From a bacterium (lineage in GTDB: Bacteria; Verrucomicrobiota; Kiritimatiellia; RFP12; CAIWXQ01), in assembly GCA_037144015.1 (NCBI GenBank), contig JBAWXQ010000001.1, positions 1 through 48,161 of the forward strand: DNA of 48,161 nucleotides, written 5' to 3'. Positions 25,199 through 32,053 of this stretch are shown piece after piece. The notes under the pieces are model-generated. The model made no database searches, was not told where the DNA came from, and saw only the letters and a list, made by a program, of their open reading frames with translations. Made by a program: the position numbers and the translations under genes. Every line of letters begins with the position of its first letter. Positions within the stretch are counted from its first letter, which is position 1.

Positions 25199-26383
25199 AT
25201 GCCCACCCCCCTCTACCTCCACTTTGGCGCCGGCAACATTGGCCGCTCGCTGGCCGGCGCGCTCTTTGCGCGCGGCGGCTATGACGTGCTGTTCGTGGAT
25301 GCGCTGCCCGATGTCGTGGCGGCGCTGCAGGCGAAGCGCAGCTACCGCGTGGTGGTCAAGGACGAGATCCCGCCGGGCGCGCCAGCCGAATACCTGATCG
25401 AGCACGTGGATGGGATTGCCGCGCAGGATGCGGACGCGGTGACCGCAGCCGTGGCGCGCGCGGATGTGATCGGCACCTCGGTCGGGGCCGGCGTGCTGCC
25501 GCGCGTGCTGGCGGCCATGGTGCCGGGCTTGCAGCGTCGCACGCGCCCGGTCTCAATCATCCTGTGCGAGAACCTGCACCACGCCGCGGCTGTGGCGCGT
25601 GACATGCTGCGTCAGCACCTGCCACCGGACTTCCCGCTGGCGGAGCGCGTGGGACTGGTCGAAACCAGCATCGGCAAGATGGTGCCGCTCATGCCGGCCG
25701 ACGTGCGGGCGCGCGATCCGCTGGAAGTCTGGGGCGAGGCCTACAACCGGATCATTGCCGACCGTGACGGATTTCTCGGCCTGCCGCCGCAGGTTGAAGG
25801 CGTCGATCTCAAGCCGCACTTTGCCGCCTATGTGGATCGCAAGCTCTACATACACAACCTCGGGCACGCGGTCTGCGCCTGCGAAGGGTTCCTGCGCGGG
25901 CATCATTTCATCTGGCAGGCCGTCTCCGACCCGGCGGTTGCCGCCATTGTCGTGGCGGCCATGGAAGCGGCCGCGTCCGCCCTGGCCCGGAAGTATCCGG
26001 GAGTCTTGTACGCGGCCGATCTGCAGGCGCATGTCGCCGACCTGCTCCGGCGCTTCGGCAACCGCGCGCTGGGCGACACGGTCTTCCGCGTCGGCCGCGA
26101 CCTGCCGCGCAAGCTCGCGCCCGGCGACCGCTTCATCGGCGCGCTGCGGCTCATGCAGGCCACCGGCGGCAATCTGGCGACGATCTGCCGCGGCACTGCC
26201 GCGGCCTTCCACTTCGCGGCCGTGGACGAGCACGGAAAGCCGTTCCCGGCGGACGAGGCGTTTCGTGCGCAGGTGGCGCAGCAGGGGGTGCGGCAGGTTT
26301 TGGCGGAGCACTGCCAGCTCGATCCGAAGCGCGATGCGGCTGTGATGGACCGGATCGAGGAAGACTACCGGCTTCTGCTGTAG
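25025..26383 (+). CDS. mtlD: Mannitol-1-phosphate 5-dehydrogenase (the MtlD body starts at the ATG at 25199; the ORF is open from 25025)
   Basis: Collinear with E. coli MtlD: LHFGAGNIGRS, IILCEN, DPLEVWGE, VDRKLYIHNLGHA, VFRVGRDLPRKLAPGDRFIGAL and AAAFHF. Confidence 0.85.
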   Translation: MKIMIPRSQVRLAQQRARRTLQEAGIVLTPSEASHIEAADFGLNELERTGLELVTYTPMPTPLYLHFGAGNIGRSLAGALFARGGYDVLFVDALPDVVAALQAKRSYRVVVKDEIPPGAPAEYLIEHVDGIAAQDADAVTAAVARADVIGTSVGAGVLPRVLAAMVPGLQRRTRPVSIILCENLHHAAAVARDMLRQHLPPDFPLAERVGLVETSIGKMVPLMPADVRARDPLEVWGEAYNRIIADRDGFLGLPPQVEGVDLKPHFAAYVDRKLYIHNLGHAVCACEGFLRGHHFIWQAVSDPAVAAIVVAAMEAAASALARKYPGVLYAADLQAHVADLLRRFGNRALGDTVFRVGRDLPRKLAPGDRFIGALRLMQATGGNLATICRGTAAAFHFAAVDEHGKPFPADEAFRAQVAQQGVRQVLAEHCQLDPKRDAAVMDRIEEDYRLLL

Positions 26384-26403
26384 ATGCGGCTGCCGGCCGG
26401 GGA

Positions 26404-26480
26404 TGGTGGGCACTACAGGACTCGAACCTGTGACTTCTGCCGTGTGAAAGCAGCGCTCTAACCAACTGAGCTAAGTGCCC
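26404..26480 (-). tRNA. tRNA-Val (anticodon CAC), CCA encoded
   Basis: Acceptor GGGCACT/AGTGCCC, D-arm GCTC-AGTTGGTTA-GAGC, anticodon loop TTCACAC, T-loop TTCGAGT. 77 nt. Confidence 0.9.
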
Positions 26481-26504
26481 CTTATGGCCGTGGAAACCGC
26501 AGAA

Positions 26505-26534
26505 TTAATAGCATGGCCGGCGGGGTGGTGTCAA
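26505..26534 (-). promoter_or_regulatory. Sigma-70-type promoter candidate for tRNA-Val (TTGACA-18 nt-TATTAA)
   Basis: The minus strand reads GCATTGACACCACCCCGCCGGCCATGCTATTAATTC, 24 nt upstream of the tRNA 5' end. Confidence 0.5.
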
Positions 26535-26565
26535 TGCAGGTCACATTTCCCCAAACCCGTCAAAT

Positions 26566-26595
26566 CTGTGGGAGCGCGGCCCCGCCCGCGCGAAG
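26566..26595 (+). repeat. REP-like R-family variant R4 (CTGTGGGAGCGCGGCCCCGCCCGCGCGAAG)
   Basis: GTGGGAGCGC-hairpin-GCGCGA architecture parallel to GTAGGAGCGCTGCCCCGCAGCGCGA. Confidence 0.7.
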
Positions 26596-26684
26596 CCTGT
26601 CGTTTTCTCAGGGTTTCGCATCTGGTTGTTGAAAAGCGAATTCAGAAATAGTTCGTGTAAGGTCCGGTTACGCTCGGAGGTGTC

Positions 26685-27527
26685 ATGTACTTTGTCGGCC
26701 CTCATGTCTCCATCGGCGGTGGTGTTGATCACGCGCCGGCGAATGCCGCGGCCGTCGGTGCCACGGGCTTCGGCATGTTCACCAAGAACCAGCTGCAGTG
26801 GCAGGCGCCGGCGATTGCCGCCGAAACTCGCACCCTGTTTGCCGCCGCGCTCGCGGCGCACCGGTTCACGCCGCAGCAGGTGTTGCCGCATGCCGGCTAC
26901 CTGATCAACCTCGCGAATCCGGACGAGGCCGCGCACGCCAGGGCCCTGGATTCGTTCATCGGCGAAGTCCGGCGGTGCGAGGAGCTTGGGCTGAAGATGC
27001 TGAACCTTCATCCGGGGAGCCACCTGCGCAAGCTGGACCCCATGGCCGCCTGCGCACGCGTGGCGGGGGCGGTCAACGAGGCGCTGCGGCAGACCCGGGG
27101 GGTGACCGTGGTGATCGAGAACACGGCCGGCCAGGGGGCCTGCCTTGGATCCACCTTCGTGGAACTGGCCGCGATCATCGCCGGCGTGCAGGATCCTGAA
27201 CGAATCGGCGTCTGCCTCGATACGGCGCACACCTTTGCCGCGGGGTTCGACATCCGCACGCGCGACGGGTTGAGGCGCACGCTGGATGATTTCGACCGTA
27301 TCGTGGGCTTCCGTTACCTGCGCGGCATGCACCTCAATGATTCCAAAGCGGCGTTCAACTCCCACGTTGACCGGCATGAATCGCTCGGCAGGGGGCAGAT
27401 CGGCTGGGAGCCGTTCCAGTGGATCATGCAGGACCCGCGGTTTGCCGGCATGCCCCTGGTGGTCGAGACCCCGGATGAGACGCTCTGGCCGGAGGAGATC
27501 AAAAGACTGCTCGAACTGGCGGGGTAG
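26685..27527 (+). CDS. nfo: Endonuclease IV
   Basis: GPHVSIGGG, LPHAGYLINLA, LNLHPGSH, VVIENTAGQG, VCLDTAHTFAAG, MHLNDSK and DRHESLG metal-ligand motifs. Confidence 0.95.
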   Translation: MYFVGPHVSIGGGVDHAPANAAAVGATGFGMFTKNQLQWQAPAIAAETRTLFAAALAAHRFTPQQVLPHAGYLINLANPDEAAHARALDSFIGEVRRCEELGLKMLNLHPGSHLRKLDPMAACARVAGAVNEALRQTRGVTVVIENTAGQGACLGSTFVELAAIIAGVQDPERIGVCLDTAHTFAAGFDIRTRDGLRRTLDDFDRIVGFRYLRGMHLNDSKAAFNSHVDRHESLGRGQIGWEPFQWIMQDPRFAGMPLVVETPDETLWPEEIKRLLELAG

Positions 27528-27532
27528 GATCA

Positions 27533-27569
27533 GGTGGGAGGTGGATGGTGGAAGGTGGGAACGTAGGGA
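27533..27569. repeat. G-rich tandem heptamers (GGTGGGA GGTGGAT GGTGGAA GGTGGGA, plus a degenerate unit)
   Basis: Four consecutive GGTGGRW units read directly, starting 6 nt after the nfo stop. Confidence 0.85.
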
Positions 27570-27601
27570 TGTCGCGCAGAGAAGCAGGGATGCGGATGGA
27601 G

Positions 27602-27709
27602 CGAACCGCAGATTGACGATTGAAGAGGTTTGAATCATGAAGGAATCGTTCCGCGAATGAGGCATTACCTTCAAAAATCGGCACTGGACATTCGTCAAGC
27701 TGCGGTTCG
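27602..27709. repeat. 18-nt inverted repeat (CGAACCGCAGATTGACGA / TCGTCAAGCTGCGGTTCG, 1 mismatch) enclosing a 72-nt lower-GC spacer with nested stems
   Basis: Arms at 27602-27619 and 27692-27709. Inner pairing TGAAGG (27638)/CCTTCA (27668). Confidence 0.8.
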
Positions 27710-27809
27710 AATGTCGTCGAGCTGCACCTCGTGCTGGGCCTCGCCGGGGACGGTTTCTGCCGACGGCGCACGGCCGTTCCGCCGGCCGCCGCGGTGTGGA
27801 TGTGTTTGC

Positions 27810-27831
27810 GGACGGCGGCGGAGCGCCGTCC
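27810..27831 (-). other. 8-bp GC hairpin abutting the folK stop codon (GGACGGCG-N6-CGCCGTCC)
   Basis: Starts on the mRNA immediately after the TAG at 27834-27832. Confidence 0.75.
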
Positions 27832-28335
27832 CTACCATTGTTCGACTGCCACCGACACGATGGGCTCATGCGGCATCCGGGAGAGCAGCTCGCGCACCGG
27901 GAGGTGCTGGCCGGGCAGGACCAGCGTCGGGCGCAGCTCGGCCAGAGGCTCGCAGACGAAGCGCCGCAGGTGGGCGCGCGGGTGGGGGAGTTGCAGCGCG
28001 GGCTCATCAAGCTGCAGGCCGTCGCAGCAGATCAAGTCGATGTCCATCGCGCGCGGCGCGTTGCGCTCCGCGGTGCGCGTGCGCCCCATGCGGTCCTCGA
28101 TGGCGTGTGCCGCCTCCGAGAACGCATGCACCTCCAGCCGTGTTTCCAGTACGACGATGGCGTTGAAAAACTCCAGCCCGCCGGCGGCGCGCGGCACATC
28201 CACCGGCTCGGTGACATACACGCGCGACGACGCCACGAGGCGCGTCTGTGGCAGGTGTGCCAGCGCCTCCCGCGCGCGCACAAGGTGCGCCAGCCGGTCG
28301 CCGAGGTTCGAGCCGAGTGAAAGGATGGCGTCCAT
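27832..28335 (-). CDS. folK: 2-amino-4-hydroxy-6-hydroxymethyldihydropteridine diphosphokinase (HPPK)
   Basis: LSLGSNLGDR, SRVYVTEPV, FFNAIVVLET, RNAPRAMDIDLI, LQLPHPR and RRFVCEPL. Confidence 0.9.
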   Translation of the reverse strand: MDAILSLGSNLGDRLAHLVRAREALAHLPQTRLVASSRVYVTEPVDVPRAAGGLEFFNAIVVLETRLEVHAFSEAAHAIEDRMGRTRTAERNAPRAMDIDLICCDGLQLDEPALQLPHPRAHLRRFVCEPLAELRPTLVLPGQHLPVRELLSRMPHEPIVSVAVEQW

Positions 28336-28358
28336 AGATTTTGCGGTACGCAAAATCT
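28336..28358 (-). other. 10-bp hairpin filling the dapB-folK spacer (TAG-ATTTTGCG-TAC-CGCAAAATCT-ATG)
   Basis: The stem starts with the AG of the dapB stop and ends 1 nt before the folK ATG. Same stem sequence family as the terminator at 21021-21044. Confidence 0.85.
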
Positions 28359-29148
28359 ACTCCAATCCCAGCACATGGCGCATGCTGTACAGTCCCGGCT
28401 TCTTTCCGTGCAGCCAGCGGGCGGCGCGGAGCGCGCCCATGGCAAAGGCTTCGCGGCTGCTGGCGCGGTGGGTGATCTCCACGCGTTCGCCCTCGCAGGC
28501 AAACAGCACGGTGTGGTCGCCCACGACATCCCCGCCGCGCAGGGCGTGCATGCCGATCTGTCCGCGCGGGCGTTCGCCGGTCATCCCTTCGCGTCCATGG
28601 CAGACGACATCCTTCAGCGCCACGCCACGTCCCGCGGCCAGCGCCTCGCCCAGCGCCAGCGCCGTGCCGCTGGGCGCATCCTTCTTGAAATGGTGGTGCA
28701 TTTCGACAATCTCGGCATCGTAGTCCGGCCCGAGGATGGCGGCGGCGCGGCGCACGAGGTCGAGGAGCACGTTGATGCCAAGGCTCATGTTGGCGGCCCA
28801 GACTATGGGAATCTGGTCAGCGGCGGCGCGCACGGCGCCCTGTTCCGCCTCGGTGAGGCCGGTGGTGCCCAGAACCAGCGCCTGTCGAGCGGCCACGGCA
28901 GCCGCCACGTTGGCGGGTGTTGCGGTGTGGAAGGTGAAGTCAATGACCACGTCCGCGCCTGTGGCCGGGGCGGTCGTGATCGGCAGCTGCAGCCGCGTGC
29001 CGGCCGTGAGGCCGGCGTCCAGCCCGAGCGCAGGGTGTCCCGCCGTCTCGACCGCCGCGACGATCTTCAGCTCCGGGATGCGTGGCGTGCAGCGGATCAG
29101 CATCTGGCCCATGCGTCCGGCGGCGCCCAGGATGGCAATTTTGGTCAT
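28357..29148 (-). CDS. dapB: 4-hydroxy-tetrahydrodipicolinate reductase
   Basis: KIAILGAAGRMGQ, VIDFT, GTTGL, NMSLGIN, EMHHHFKKDAPSGTA and HALRGGDVVGDHTV. Confidence 0.95.
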   Translation of the reverse strand: MTKIAILGAAGRMGQMLIRCTPRIPELKIVAAVETAGHPALGLDAGLTAGTRLQLPITTAPATGADVVIDFTFHTATPANVAAAVAARQALVLGTTGLTEAEQGAVRAAADQIPIVWAANMSLGINVLLDLVRRAAAILGPDYDAEIVEMHHHFKKDAPSGTALALGEALAAGRGVALKDVVCHGREGMTGERPRGQIGMHALRGGDVVGDHTVLFACEGERVEITHRASSREAFAMGALRAARWLHGKKPGLYSMRHVLGLE

Positions 29149-29201
29149 GGGGGTCCTTGTCGTAAGGCGTGTGGGTAGCGGTTCGTGCTCTCGGATTTGC
29201 G

Positions 29202-29275
29202 CTCGCGCTGTGGGGCAGCGCCTACAGATGCACCCGTCGGGGTTTGCAGGTAGGAGCGCTGCCCCGCAGCGCGAG
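29202..29275. repeat. Inverted pair of R-family REP units (BIME-like) between dapA and dapB
   Basis: CTCGCGCTGTGGGGCAGCGCCTACAG ... GCAGGTAGGAGCGCTGCCCCGCAGCGCGAGG. Each unit carries its own GCGCTGC/GCAGCGC hairpin. Confidence 0.85.
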
Positions 29276-29280
29276 GTGTT

Positions 29281-30150
29281 CTACTTCATCATCCCCAGCG
29301 TGACCAGCGTCGTGCGCAACTGTGCGCGCACCTTGTCTGACGGCTCGCAGAGCGGCAGGCGATAAACTTCCTCGATTTTGCCCAGCAGGGCCAGCGCTGC
29401 CTTGACCGGGATCGGGTTGGTGTCGATGAACAGGTCGCGAAACAGCGGATAGAGGCGCATGTGGGCCTTCCGGGCAGCCGCGAGATCATTGCGCAGCGCA
29501 TGCCGCACCATGTCCGCCACATCGCGCGGCGCCACGTTCGAGGCCACGCTGACCACGCCCTGTGCGCCCACGCTGATCATCGGCAGCGCCAGCCCATCGT
29601 CGCCGGACAGCACGACGATCTTGCAGGCGTCAAGAATGGCGCTGACGCGCTCGGTGCTGCCGCCGGCCTCCTTGACGGCCACAATCTTCGGGTGCCTGGC
29701 CAGGCGCGCGATGGTTTCCACCGGGATGTCGCGGCCGCTGCGGCCGGGCACGTTGTAGAGAACCACCGGCAGGCCGAGGTCCGCCACGGCGCTGAAATGG
29801 CGGAAAAGACCTTCGGGGCTGGGCTTGTTGTAATAGGGCGTGACCTGCAGCGTCCCCTGACACCCCAGGTCGAGCACGCGCCGGGTGAGGTCCACCGCCT
29901 CGCTGGTGGCGTTGGCGCCCGTGCCGGCAATGACCTGCAGCCGGCCGCGGCTGGCTTCGACGCTGACGCGGATGACCTCGATGTGTTCATCCACCTCGAG
30001 CGTGGGCGACTCGCCGGTCGTGCCCACGGGCACGATTCCTGCCACGCCGGATTCCGCCTGCCACTCGATCAGTTCGCGCAGGCGCCCGAAATCAACGCTG
30101 CCGTTGCGGTTGAATGGCGTGACAATGGCCGTGTACGTTCCCTGGAACAT
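29281..30150 (-). CDS. dapA: 4-hydroxy-tetrahydrodipicolinate synthase
   Basis: GTYTAIVTPF, VPVGTTGES, VIAGTGANAT, VTPYYNKP, LYNVPGRSG and VAVKEAGG (active-site Lys). Confidence 0.95.
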   Translation of the reverse strand: MFQGTYTAIVTPFNRNGSVDFGRLRELIEWQAESGVAGIVPVGTTGESPTLEVDEHIEVIRVSVEASRGRLQVIAGTGANATSEAVDLTRRVLDLGCQGTLQVTPYYNKPSPEGLFRHFSAVADLGLPVVLYNVPGRSGRDIPVETIARLARHPKIVAVKEAGGSTERVSAILDACKIVVLSGDDGLALPMISVGAQGVVSVASNVAPRDVADMVRHALRNDLAAARKAHMRLYPLFRDLFIDTNPIPVKAALALLGKIEEVYRLPLCEPSDKVRAQLRTTLVTLGMMK

Positions 30151-30294
30151 GGGGTGATTATCCTTCCGGACTGTCCACAGCAGTCCAAGCCGTAGAAAGA
30201 GTACGCGAGCCGTGCGGCTGCTGCAACCATGGATTTTGGCTGTTTCGTCTGCTTGACGTGCGGCAGCCATTCTGGCAACATGCCGACGTTTTCT

Positions 30295-30379
30295 GCACCC
30301 GTGGTGGAATTGGCAGACACGCAAGATTCAGGTTCTTGTCCCGCAAGGGGTGGGGGTTCAACTCCCTCCGGGTGCACCA
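30295..30379 (+). tRNA. tRNA-Leu (anticodon CAG), long variable arm, CCA encoded
   Basis: Acceptor GCACCCG/CGGGTGC, anticodon stem CAAGA/TCTTG with loop TTCAGGT, variable arm TCCCGCAAGGGGT, T-loop TTCAACT. 85 nt. Confidence 0.9.
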
Positions 30380-30388
30380 GCTTAAAAA

Positions 30389-30414
30389 CGCCATCTCGTA
30401 TGGCGGTTTTTTTT
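30389..30414 (+). terminator. Rho-independent terminator after tRNA-Leu
   Basis: CGCCAT-CTCGT-ATGGCG followed by G and T8. Confidence 0.8.
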
Positions 30415-30443
30415 ATCGCCCGGGCGTTTGGCGCCGGGCCCAA

Positions 30444-30479
30444 GGCAGGCTGACGCCCGCAGTCCAACAATTGCATAAG
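30444..30479 (+). repeat. K-family left module (variant) interrupted by P4
   Basis: AAGGCAGGCTGACGCCCGCAGTCCAACAATTGCATAAG versus K2 AAGGCGGGCGTCAGCCCGCAACCCGACAATTGCACAAC. Confidence 0.75.
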
Positions 30480-30541
30480 CTAGCAGCCTGTCGGATTTAG
30501 GTTTTGCGTCTGCACACGGTTCGTGCCGACCAGGCTGCTAG
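30480..30541 (+). repeat. Family-P palindromic element, copy P4 (62 bp)
   Basis: CTAGCAGCCTGTCGGATTTAGG...GTGCCGACCAGGCTGCTAG. Not adjacent to a CDS. Confidence 0.9.
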
Positions 30542-30605
30542 TTAGTGGGACGCAACCGCCAAGCACTGGACAAGAGTGAAATACGCAACAAAAGAACAGC
30601 CGGAA
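30542..30605 (+). repeat. G-module extension (second copy)
   Basis: TTAGTGGGACGCAACCGCCAAGCACTGGACAAGAGTG...CAAAAGAAC aligns with 11538-11598. Confidence 0.8.
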
Positions 30606-30632
30606 CAATTTTTCTGTCTGTAACTGAGTCTT

Positions 30633-30847
30633 CGCAACCCGCGGGCAGCGGGTTGCACAACTAGGAGACTGTCGGCAGAAGGCCCTGGACCGATCCGAGG
30701 CCTAAGTCCGACAGCCTCCTAGGACACCGAGAGCACAGAGAGGAATAGAGGGCACAGAGGAATTCCTGTCTGCGGCCGGCTTCCCGGCCCGGGCAAGCAG
30801 AAATTGACTCTGCGCTCTCATTTGATCTCGGTGCCCTCTGTGTCCTT
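30633..30847 (+). repeat. K-family element K4 (variant) carrying nested P5
   Basis: CGCAACCCGCGGGCAGCGGGTTGCACAA-[P5]-GGACACCGAGAGCACAGAG...GGTGCCCTCTGTGTCCTT. Confidence 0.8.
30661..30722 (-). repeat. Family-P palindromic element, copy P5 (62 bp, divergent termini CTAGGAG.../...CTCCTAG), nested in K4
   Basis: CTAGGAGACTGTCGGCAGA...GGCCTAAGTCCGACAGCCTCCTAG. The interior matches the P3 orientation. Left and right terminal changes are compensatory. Confidence 0.85.
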
Positions 30848-30899
30848 GACGTCGCATGAATGAAGATGCGCCGCATTTGCATCTCGCACAACGAACAAT

Positions 30900-31574
30900 C
30901 TATTTACTGGCTGTACAGACCCAGATGCAGCAATGACGGGAGCGCGCGCCTTTGTACGTTGGTGCAGGGATGCATTGCACGCGGACCTGCTCCTGCCGCA
31001 GGCGGCGCTCGAACGCAGCATCCTGAAAGGCGGACCAGACCGCGAGGCAACCGTTTGACCGGAGCGCATCGAGGCAGGCGCGGATGCCTTGCGGGCTGTA
31101 GAGCTGCTCGTTGCGATTATCGGTAATGGCCTCGGGGCCGTTGTCAACGTCGAGCAGGATGGCATCAAACGCGCCGGGGGACTGGCGGATGACGCTGGCC
31201 ACATCTTCGACCTTGAGGACCACGCGAGGGTCCCGCAGCGGGTGATTGGCCAGGTTCCCGATGTAGTCACGGTTCCACCGGACGATCTCGGGCAGCAGCT
31301 CGGCAACGACCACCGTGGCGCGCGCTTTCAGCATGTCGAGCGATTGCCGCAGGGTGTAGCCCATGCCGAGGCCGCCGATCAGGACCCGGGGCGCGCGATG
31401 TCCGGTCAGGCGGGCGCACCCGAGGCGCGCGAGTTCTTTCTCCGACTCGTGGGCACGGCTCACCATCAGGTCGTGCTGGCCCACGGTGATGACGAAGTCA
31501 TCCTGGTGCCGGTAGAGCACCAGGCGGCTGCCGTCCGGGGCGTTGGTTGTGGCGATCTGCGTCCTGGCCTTCAC
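30900..31574 (-). CDS. Spermidine-synthase-like class I methyltransferase-fold protein
   Basis: VLIGGLGMGYTLRQ (SAM-type glycine motif), FDAILLDVDNGP and LYSPQG, typical of the spermine/spermidine synthase-like family. GTG start. Confidence 0.65.
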   Translation of the reverse strand: MKARTQIATTNAPDGSRLVLYRHQDDFVITVGQHDLMVSRAHESEKELARLGCARLTGHRAPRVLIGGLGMGYTLRQSLDMLKARATVVVAELLPEIVRWNRDYIGNLANHPLRDPRVVLKVEDVASVIRQSPGAFDAILLDVDNGPEAITDNRNEQLYSPQGIRACLDALRSNGCLAVWSAFQDAAFERRLRQEQVRVQCIPAPTYKGARSRHCCIWVCTASK

Positions 31575-31725
31575 CCGCAGGGCTCCTGTCGGTCGAGTGG
31601 ATCCATCACCGCGCCGGCTCGTTGGAGCCAGCCGTGCTCACAAGTGTCCTGATTGTGAGGATTGCGGTTCCGGAAAGCCACACGAAACGGAAAATACGTC
31701 GTCTGCAACGGGTACGACAAAACGT

Positions 31726-31772
31726 AAGGACACAGAGGCCACAGAGAATGAAGGAGAGCACAGAGAGAATTT
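31726..31772 (-). repeat. K-family half copy K5 (inverted right arm)
   Basis: AAGGACACAGAGGCCACAGAGAATGAAGGAGAGCACAGAGAGAATT equals the reverse complement of the K2/K3 right arm. Confidence 0.8.
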
Positions 31773-32053
31773 GGGCGCATTGCACTTCCGTCGACATTCC
31801 CTTCGCCCGGAAATTCGGGCCGGAGAAGTAGCCTTTGGGGGAGTTGCCGGGAAAACACGGTGCAGTAGGCTGTGGGTAGCCAAACCGGCATGGGGCGGGT
31901 CAAGAAGGAGATGTCATGCGTGACGGCGTCGCGTTAGCCTTCGGCCCTTCGGCGCGGGTGTGCCTGCGCCCTTTTGCCCCTTGTGGCGAACAGCATCATA
32001 TCCTATTCTATCGTTTTTCTGCAGCAGCACATGTGTGTCTGGGAGTTAGCGGC

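Noticed and set aside
30151-30294. Lysine riboswitch (L-box) upstream of dapA, and upstream of hom-lysC (31800-32053)
   Set aside because: The leaders are short or occupied by repeats. I could not recognise the conserved L-box helices or core motifs. An Infernal scan would be needed to be certain.
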